From positions 1 through 18,712 of the forward strand of contig RDOE01000062.1 of the NCBI GenBank assembly GCA_011364975.1: a DNA stretch of 18,712 nt, given 5' to 3'. Under the pieces are notes generated by a model. The model saw only the letters and a list, made by a program, of their open reading frames with translations. It did not search any database and had not been told where the DNA came from. The translations under genes were made by a program, and so were the position numbers. Positions within the stretch are counted from its first letter, which is position 1; each line of letters starts with the position of its first letter. This stretch comes from Promethearchaeota archaeon (lineage in GTDB: Archaea > Asgardarchaeota > Lokiarchaeia > Sigyniarchaeales > SOKP01). Positions 1 to 6,453 of this stretch are shown one piece after another.

Positions 1-793
1 AGTACTTTCCAATTAATAAAAATGTCAATATCATCGACATTGCTTCATAAAACGTTTTACCGTCAATAAAGAAAGTCGTTAAAATAGAATAAACTAAAGC
101 CGTGGTTGTTCCTAAAGCTACAAGAACATCCATATTTGTTGACTTATTCTTAAGAGATTTGTATGCGCCCTTCAAGAAAAAGGATCCTGCTACAACATAA
201 TTGGCAATAGCTAAAAAGAATAATAAAAGCTTCAACTCAAATGGCTGTTCCATAAAGATCATACTTATTGGTGCAATAATACCTGTAAAAATTAAGGAAA
301 TTAAGGTAATTCGTAGTCGATACTTCATTTCTTTTTTATGAGCTTCAATTTCTTTGTCAATAGCGCCTGCTACTTTCTCAACTTTATAACCAAGTTTCTT
401 TATTTCGGAATATATTTGATTCTCATCAATTTTTAATTCATTAAATTCTATAAATAACTTGCTAGCGCTTATATTTCCCCTAATATCATAAATTCCATCA
501 ATACTCTTTACCTTTTCAATAAAAATGTTAAATTCTTGTTCTGATAAGGAAGTAGTGAGTTTAATGTCGATTTTAGCTAAGTTTGCTTTGTATCCCAAAT
601 CTTTAATAGCTTTACTAAAAGTAGCATAATTTGTAATAATTGGATCAAATTCTACTGTAGCTTCCTCATTTGCAAAATTTACAACAGAGCTGGAAACTCC
701 TTCTAAATCTTTTAATTTAGTTTCGATTTTCAAAGCACAGTTCGCACATGTCATTCCACCGAGTTTAATTTTAACTTTATCTTTAGATTCCAA
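1..793 (-). CDS. copA: Heavy-metal (Cu+) translocating P1B-type ATPase, N-terminal part (runs off the left edge)
   Basis: Not in the ORF track; translated by hand. TTG at 793-791, 6 nt after GGTGA (804-800). Reads MESKDKVKIKLGGMTCANCALKIE (HMA GMTCxxC), then a second HMA-like fold, then KGAYKSLKNKSTNMDVLVALGTT...FYEAMSMILTFLLIGKY, typical of the CopA TM region. Frame is open to the window edge. Confidence 0.93.
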   Translation of the reverse strand, partial: MESKDKVKIKLGGMTCANCALKIETKLKDLEGVSSSVVNFANEEATVEFDPIITNYATFSKAIKDLGYKANLAKIDIKLTTSLSEQEFNIFIEKVKSIDGIYDIRGNISASKLFIEFNELKIDENQIYSEIKKLGYKVEKVAGAIDKEIEAHKKEMKYRLRITLISLIFTGIIAPISMIFMEQPFELKLLLFFLAIANYVVAGSFFLKGAYKSLKNKSTNMDVLVALGTTTALVYSILTTFFIDGKTFYEAMSMILTFLLIGKY

Positions 794-1023
794 ATAAAAT
801 CACCATTTTGGATTTATTATTATAAAAATATCTAATTACTTAGAAATAGGTATGGGTTATAAATTGTAAATGAAAATCCTTATTTTAGTTAAAATAAGAA
901 GAATTTAAATCATTAATGAATATATTATTACTTTTATCGAATTATTACGCAAATTCTTTGTAATCTCTTATTTTTTAGCTTAATTCAAAATTCAAATTGA
1001 GATTGAAAAGAAAATTAGTTAAA

Positions 1024-1398
1024 TCATTTTTCCCTAAATTTCTTAATTGCATCATATAAAGCATCAGCTGCTAAATTACTACAGTGTAATTTTACAGGAG
1101 GCAAGCCATCTAAAGACTCCGCAACCTGATCTCGAGTTATTTGCATTGCATCGTCTAATGTTTTACCTTTAGCTAATTCGGTAAGTTGAGATGCACTCGC
1201 AATCGCAGCAGCACATCCAAAAGCCAAGAAGGAGATATTCTCAATATATTCTTTTGATTTTTTTTTTCCTATTTTGAGATAAATATACATTAAATCTCCA
1301 CAAACTGGATTTCCAATCTCTCCAACAGCATCAGCATCCTTCATTTCACCCATATTCCTTGGATTCCTAAAATGATCCATAACTTTATCAGAATACAT
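1024..1398 (-). CDS. iscU: Fe-S cluster assembly scaffold, IscU/NifU-N (MisU) family
   Basis: MYSDKVMDHFRNPRN, GNPVCGD, FGCAAAIAS and LPPVKLHC give the three scaffold cysteines. ATG 1398 is preferred to the track's TTG 1434 because family similarity begins at MYS. Confidence 0.95.
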   Translation of the reverse strand: MYSDKVMDHFRNPRNMGEMKDADAVGEIGNPVCGDLMYIYLKIGKKKSKEYIENISFLAFGCAAAIASASQLTELAKGKTLDDAMQITRDQVAESLDGLPPVKLHCSNLAADALYDAIKKFREK

Positions 1399-1440
1399 TA
1401 TAAAAGCACTTAAATTAAATTCTTTCTTAAACAATAAAAG

Positions 1441-1477
1441 TTAATCATAAAATTAATGTTTTTTGCCTTATGATTAA
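1441..1477. promoter_or_regulatory. Perfect 10-bp inverted repeat upstream of iscU (candidate operator)
   Basis: TTAATCATAA (1441-1450), 17-nt spacer, TTATGATTAA (1468-1477). Lies just upstream of a TATA-like TTTAAGAA (minus strand, 1431-1424) about 26 nt before the iscU ATG. Confidence 0.4.
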
Positions 1478-1515
1478 AATCATTAATATGACTATAGCAA
1501 TAATTTATTAGTTTA

Positions 1516-3915
1516 TTAGCTCAAGATTATTAGTTTTCTTTTTTGAGGTAATGATACTTTTTCAACACCCAGTTCTTTAACATAGTCAACAACATCTATA
1601 AGACTTTTAGCAGATTGATGGAAAAAACACACTTCTTTTGGTTCTAAAGCTTTAATCATTTCAGCTAATTGCTTTTTATCCGCATGCAATTTTATTTTAA
1701 GTTGCGGGAAAAAAGTATTAATTAAAAATGCTCGAAATGGAACTTTCCAAGTATCTGAAAAACAGATTTCTTGACTTCCTTGTATTAAATCTAACCCTGG
1801 GGGATCATGAATAGATCCTGCTAGATATACTAAATTATGAGGATTTCGTCCCACGATATTAATAATATTCCTTATTATTCCATAAGATAAATCAGGAGGA
1901 TGAGATATTATTATATTATTCTTATTTTTTAAAAAGTCTAGATCACTCAAATCAAACCATCTAAATTTTATACTATTGAAGGGATTGGCTTTATCCCGAA
2001 TTAATTTTGAGATTGGTCCATAGATGTATTCGTATCGATGATTTATTACTTGGATATTTTTACGCACCATCATATCTACATAAATATTAGGTCTTTTTGT
2101 ATATCCACGTCGAAGTTGTAATTTTCTAAAATATCTCCAAAATATTAACATAAAGCTAATTGCTAAGCTGGAAGGATCAGTTCCTATAAGAACATTATCC
2201 TCATATTCTGCTTTTTGCTCTAAGAAAAGAATTAGACTATGAAATTGATCGGAGATATTACCAAAATCTTCAGTAGCACTTGTACCATCAATTAAAAGAT
2301 AATCTATTGGTCGGGAAATTTGTTCAAGAAATCTCCTAGTACCGGCAAAAGGTGTTATATCATGAAAAGTATAGTCTCCAGTATAAAGAAATCTAAAATC
2401 TTTTATTTTTGCCAGCATCATTAAAGCACCAGGCATATGACCTCCATGGAAAAATGAAAGGTAACAGTCTTTATCTTTAAATTCAACTTTATCGCCATTT
2501 TCTACATAGATCACATTTTGGATGATTTTTCGATACTCTTCTTCTTCAATTCTATCAGCGGTTTCTTGTTTTAAAAATTTTGAATCCCGTAATAAAAATA
2601 AATCAAGCGTGATTCTAGAACATAATATAGGCACGTCTGGATATAATTCTATTAGTTTTTTTAGACCAGACACATGATCATAATGACTATGAGACACAAA
2701 TATTGCATCTATTCTGGGCAAGGAACTTTTCTCTTTTTCATCGGTTTCATCATTAAATTTATAATTTCTTCCATTATTATTTATGCTTAGACTATCATTC
2801 TCTTTTGAATCGTCAGATAATAACTCTTGCTCAGCTTCTAAAATCATATTTGATAAGTTTTTAAGATACGAGTCTATATATTCAAAGTCGTCAGGTTTGT
2901 CAAAATTTTCTTTTTGTTCAACAGAGTTATCATGTAAATCGCCAGAATTCTCAATCTCATTCACTTCTTCAACTTTTTCTTTTTCAGATATACCACAATC
3001 CAATAGTATATTTAATTTTCCTAATCCCAAAATATGACAATTATGATTTGGTTTAAGAACTATTGGGTAGATTGTTATCCTAATCCTATCTTCATTTTTA
3101 ATTCCAGTAAGGGAAATGTTTTTAAAATAATTTTGATCGAATTTTTTTTCTATTTTATCAATTGCTAAAGAGATCTCACTTTCTCCAACGGGAACTCCAG
3201 TTATATAGAAATACCAGCCGTATATTTTAACAAGTTCTTCGAGGCTTTCATACATCTGGTCTCCAATTAGAGATTTTATTACTATGACTTTTTCTTTTTG
3301 ATAATATATTATTTTTCCTATCGAATTTTTTTCTTTTAATGGGATTTTGTTATTATTATTAAAAAAATCGTCTAAAACACGTTCTATTGGCATCTGAGAA
3401 ATATTATTTGAATTGATTAGCTTTAAATATTGAAAATATTCTTTGGTACGATATAAAGCACGCATATTCTCCTTTTCTTTAAGCTGAATCTTTGCATTCT
3501 CAAATGTATAATGGCTTCTATTGATAGTTGTCTCTTCTTTTTTGTTTTGTTTTGGTTTTTTAGCTTTTTTTGATTCTTTTTTTGGTTCTTCAACAAAGAA
3601 GAACCAACCATATAGTTTGATTAATTTGTCCCGATTCCATATAATTTCTTGACCATTTTTAATTACTAATGAAATAATACGATCTTTTTTAGAATAGAAA
3701 ACCTTTATTATCGAATTTTTAGTTTTATTAGTGATATCATTGTTTTCTAAAAATAAATGATTAAAAACTTCTTTTATAGGCTTTAGAGGTGCGTTCTTCT
3801 TGTTTAATACTGATATTTTTTCTTTATAAGACTTTATTTTATATGCAGAACTAAATTCTTCTCTCTCTTCAATTTCAATCATTTTTTCATTAAATTTAAA
3901 TTCCTCTACAGCCAT
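1516..3915 (-). CDS. MBL-fold beta-CASP ribonuclease, divergent aCPSF1/FttA-like, with two degenerate KH-like N-terminal repeats
   Basis: Motifs: LLDCG (I), SHSHYDH (II, HxHxDH), GGHMPGA (III), LYTGDY (IV), LLIDGT (A), LHAD (B), FFHQ (C; His is typical of RNA-acting beta-CASP enzymes). ATG 3915 is likely; TTG 3927 is possible. Confidence 0.85.
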   Translation of the reverse strand: MAVEEFKFNEKMIEIEEREEFSSAYKIKSYKEKISVLNKKNAPLKPIKEVFNHLFLENNDITNKTKNSIIKVFYSKKDRIISLVIKNGQEIIWNRDKLIKLYGWFFFVEEPKKESKKAKKPKQNKKEETTINRSHYTFENAKIQLKEKENMRALYRTKEYFQYLKLINSNNISQMPIERVLDDFFNNNNKIPLKEKNSIGKIIYYQKEKVIVIKSLIGDQMYESLEELVKIYGWYFYITGVPVGESEISLAIDKIEKKFDQNYFKNISLTGIKNEDRIRITIYPIVLKPNHNCHILGLGKLNILLDCGISEKEKVEEVNEIENSGDLHDNSVEQKENFDKPDDFEYIDSYLKNLSNMILEAEQELLSDDSKENDSLSINNNGRNYKFNDETDEKEKSSLPRIDAIFVSHSHYDHVSGLKKLIELYPDVPILCSRITLDLFLLRDSKFLKQETADRIEEEEYRKIIQNVIYVENGDKVEFKDKDCYLSFFHGGHMPGALMMLAKIKDFRFLYTGDYTFHDITPFAGTRRFLEQISRPIDYLLIDGTSATEDFGNISDQFHSLILFLEQKAEYEDNVLIGTDPSSLAISFMLIFWRYFRKLQLRRGYTKRPNIYVDMMVRKNIQVINHRYEYIYGPISKLIRDKANPFNSIKFRWFDLSDLDFLKNKNNIIISHPPDLSYGIIRNIINIVGRNPHNLVYLAGSIHDPPGLDLIQGSQEICFSDTWKVPFRAFLINTFFPQLKIKLHADKKQLAEMIKALEPKEVCFFHQSAKSLIDVVDYVKELGVEKVSLPQKRKLIILS
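3208..3780 (-). repeat. Internal protein-level duplication (aa 50-110 vs 180-240 of the 803-aa ORF)
   Basis: Ungapped alignment at offset 130 aa, 23/61 identities counted by hand (PI..V....F..NN.I..K.KNSI.K..Y..K...I......G.........L.K.YGW.F). DNA 3598-3780 and 3208-3390. Confidence 0.85.
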
Positions 3916-3995
3916 TAAGATAAACAATTTATCAAGAAAAAAAATGCTTACGTTTTTGAAGAGAGAATTTTAGAACTAATATTATGAGATGAAAT

Positions 3996-4586
3996 TTATT
4001 TTTTTCTTCGATGTAATAACTCCCATCTTGTTTTTTGAGGTAATGGAAAATTACCCCCTTTGACTGATTTAACATTTTCAATTGACATGAAAGCATTTGG
4101 GGTTACATTTTTTATTATGTCTAAGATTTTAGCTAAATTTTTCCGCTTAATTACTAAAATTACTAATTTCACACTCGTTTTTAATCCTTCCGCAGTTAAA
4201 GTAGTTAATCCATATCCTTGAGCTTTCAATGTTTTTACTAGTTCCTCATGATTTTCTCTTACAATGAGATGCAAACTTAGTAATCCTAAAGAAATCTTAC
4301 TTTCTAAGATCAATCCCGTATAATTCCCCATTGCAAAACCACTAGCATAGGCAATATAATAAATAATATTAGTTAAATTGCTGAATATCTGCCCCATAGC
4401 AAAAAGCCAAATAAGCATTTCAAAAAATCCAACCAAAGGTGCTAACTTTTTCCTACCTTGAGATATAAATACAATTCGTAACGTTCCTAATGCCACATCC
4501 ACTACTCTAAAACTAAAGATTAGAATAGGCAATATTATCAAGGAGAAAACTGAATTATCGAAAAGTTGATTAATCATAAGGATCAT
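3996..4586 (-). CDS. DUF2179/DUF5698 (UPF0316) membrane protein
   Basis: LIFSFRVVDVALGTLRIVFISQGRKKLAPLVGFFE and YASGFAMGNYTG in the TM region. Soluble C-domain LKAQGYGLT...PNAF matches the family pattern. Confidence 0.85.
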   Translation of the reverse strand: MILMINQLFDNSVFSLIILPILIFSFRVVDVALGTLRIVFISQGRKKLAPLVGFFEMLIWLFAMGQIFSNLTNIIYYIAYASGFAMGNYTGLILESKISLGLLSLHLIVRENHEELVKTLKAQGYGLTTLTAEGLKTSVKLVILVIKRKNLAKILDIIKNVTPNAFMSIENVKSVKGGNFPLPQKTRWELLHRRKK

Positions 4587-4668
4587 TTTTCATCAAGTAG
4601 ATTTAACTTAAATTAAAATTTCTTAATAAAAACTAAGCTAGAATATTCTTGTTATATTGATTCAACGT

Positions 4669-5337
4669 TTAAATATTTTTTTTATACAAGTTCATGACTT
4701 TTGCGATATCAATAGGTCCATTAATATTCATTAAACTCAATAAATTTTGATCTAAGGGTTGAATAGCATCCTCCACAGGAACATAGTTTATCTTCCAACT
4801 CTTGTCTATAAAATTATGCAATCCATAATTTTCATTTATCAGAATTTGCCTAGCTCTTTCTAAACCTTTTGCTACAGGATATATTGCAAAAAATGGTTCG
4901 AGAAAACTATTCTTCCATCTTGGGATACAACATTCGAATCCCTTAGATTTATCTATCATTAATCGAATGACTTCTGGCTTAATTAAGGGCATATCACAGG
5001 ATAAAAGATACACTTTTTCGAAATTTAATCGTTTAAGTTCTTTTAATCCTGAATATATTCCTAACATGGGCCTAAAAATGTTAGGATGGTGAAATATCTC
5101 TCTATCATCAATAATGAATGTTACATCCTTCGGGAAGGCTATTGTTTTTCTGTAATTAAAGATTTGTTCTTCTGAATGAGCCGCTAAAAATATGTCTTCA
5201 TCCAATTTAGATAATGTTTCTATTTGATGTAAAATTAGCGGCTTTCCTAATAGGTCAATTGCTGCCTTTTCAATTCCAAATCGAGCTGATTTGCCTCCAA
5301 TTAAGATAAGGATCGCAAGATATTTTGGATTTTCCAT
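4669..5337 (-). CDS. mobA: Molybdenum cofactor guanylyltransferase
   Basis: ILIGGKSARFGIEKA nucleotide-binding loop, plus PMLGIYSGL, LSCDMPLI, LEPFFAIY and NINGPID. Confidence 0.88.
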   Translation of the reverse strand: MENPKYLAILILIGGKSARFGIEKAAIDLLGKPLILHQIETLSKLDEDIFLAAHSEEQIFNYRKTIAFPKDVTFIIDDREIFHHPNIFRPMLGIYSGLKELKRLNFEKVYLLSCDMPLIKPEVIRLMIDKSKGFECCIPRWKNSFLEPFFAIYPVAKGLERARQILINENYGLHNFIDKSWKINYVPVEDAIQPLDQNLLSLMNINGPIDIAKVMNLYKKNI

Positions 5338-5511
5338 AATCTTTATTGTTAGTTTTTACAGTAATAAAATTTACATTTTCATTTAAAGTTTAATTTGTTT
5401 TTAAAATATTTTCATTTTGAAAATTAAATCAAATAAAAAAATGCGTAAATTAGATTATTAAACGAGTGCTTAAATTTTTAAAATTCAGTTTTTGTTTATA
5501 TTAAAGAAAAG

Positions 5512-5658
5512 TTATATATCGTCATCATCGTCAAGATCGTCCCAATCTTCATCTTCATCAAAATCTTCGTCTTCATCCCAATCATCTTCATCGAAATCAT
5601 CGTCTTCATCCCAATCATCTTCATCTTTTCCAAAATCAGTATTGGTATACATGGTCAT
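5512..5658 (-). CDS. 48-aa extremely acidic W/F-repeat microprotein (not in ORF track)
   Basis: MTMYTNTDFGKDEDDWDEDDDFDEDDWDEDEDFDEDEDWDDLDDDDDI*. SD-like GAGAGTGA 7 nt before the ATG, BRE/TATA at 5750-5736 and a T-rich tract after the TAA. Same strand as neighbouring mobA. Confidence 0.8.
   Translation of the reverse strand: MTMYTNTDFGKDEDDWDEDDDFDEDDWDEDEDFDEDEDWDDLDDDDDI
5542..5625 (-). repeat. 33-nt tandem repeat (about 2.5 copies) encoding DEDDWDED(D/E)DF
   Basis: Minus strand: GATGAAGATGATTGGGATGAAGACGATGATTTC / GATGAAGATGATTGGGATGAAGACGAAGATTTT / GATGAAGATGAAGATTGG. Confidence 0.9.
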
Positions 5659-5735
5659 TCAAAATTCACTCTCATTTAATTTTTTAAATATTTAATATAT
5701 ATGTGATTAACAATTACAATAGGTAACTTGCTAAT

Positions 5736-5772
5736 TATTTAAATATTTCTAAATTAATAATCGATTAATCGA
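5736..5772 (-). promoter_or_regulatory. Putative BRE/TATA promoter of the microprotein with an adjacent 12-bp palindrome
   Basis: Minus strand AGAAATA-TTTAAATA (5750-5736). Perfect palindrome TCGATTAATCGA at 5761-5772. Confidence 0.5.
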
Positions 5773-6215
5773 ATAATAACCATAATTTAGAACTAGTAAA
5801 GCTTAAATACATGATTAGGCTCAGAGTTTTAAGCTTAGGGTTATAGTAAAATGTAAGAGAGACAATTGGAATAATCTAGTCATTAATTTTATATAATTTA
5901 ATCATTTTTAATATAGGTATATTAGAATTAATTAAAATAATGATATTAAAATATTCCTTGAGTGATATTTAAGCATTTTATATTTCATACAATCTTTTTA
6001 TATTTAATGATGCATCATAGCGCAAGGCGTTTCATTAATATTTATATAATTAGCTTCCCCCAAATCTAATAAAAATTCAATAAGATAAGGGTAAAAAAGC
6101 AAATATTCACATTATTAATGTTCAAATAATCTTTATTTTAATGATAAATGAACCTAATAATTAAGTTAACATATTAAATAGCACTTTAGTTCCTTTTAGT
6201 CTATGAAATTTTCAT

Positions 6216-6230
6216 CCAAAAGTTTATAAG
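6216..6230 (+). promoter_or_regulatory. Putative BRE/TATA promoter for the MTase-Ddl / pan unit
   Basis: CCAAAAG-TTTATAAG matches the archaeal BRE+TATA layout and predicts a TSS near 6248-6255. Confidence 0.5.
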
Positions 6231-6247
6231 TAAAGAGTGTTTTATTT

Positions 6248-6340
6248 GATTTCAAATCTGAGTAAAAAAATTCGCGCAGAAAAAGACTGAGATATTGAAC
6301 AATAAGACAATATTGGCTGCTCTTATCGGGGTTTCAAATC
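6248..6340 (+). ncRNA. Candidate structured 5' leader / small RNA (long irregular hairpin)
   Basis: Hand-folded: 6248-6265 pairs with 6323-6340, GCAG 6276-6279 with CUGC 6317-6320, and GAUAUUG 6291-6297 with CAAUAUU 6308-6314. Begins at the predicted TSS. No known family recognised. Confidence 0.3.
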
Positions 6341-6453
6341 TTTTACTATTTCTATTAAAAGATTTTATAAAAAACTCAAATTTTATTCACTTTAAATTTA
6401 AAAAATTCAATTTTATTAGAAAATTTAATTGTTCTTAAAAAAAATTGCTAAAA

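Noticed and set aside
1015-1026. Selenocysteine readthrough of the iscU TGA (and of the TGA upstream of iscS)
   Set aside because: IscU is complete at the TGA and a TAA follows after two more codons. The TGA before iscS is preceded by an in-frame TAG. Neither aligns to a Cys position.
1399-1434. 12-aa N-terminal extension of IscU from TTG 1434
   Set aside because: Family similarity starts at MYSDKV, and the extension overlaps the likely TATA box.
2783-3611. ORFs 2783-3037 (+) and 3423-3611 (-)
   Set aside because: They are antisense or alternate-frame ORFs inside the beta-CASP gene with no recognisable motifs.
5542-5625. 33-nt repeats as a possible CRISPR array
   Set aside because: The units are directly adjacent with no unique spacers, keep the reading frame, and no cas genes are present.
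5492-5695. 67-aa Ser-rich ORF on + strand
   Set aside because: It is the antisense shadow of the GAT/GAA-rich microprotein. The SD and promoter signals support the minus strand.
5811-5846. 11-codon ORF MIRLRVLSLGL in the intergenic region
   Set aside because: Too short, no SD, and expected by chance.
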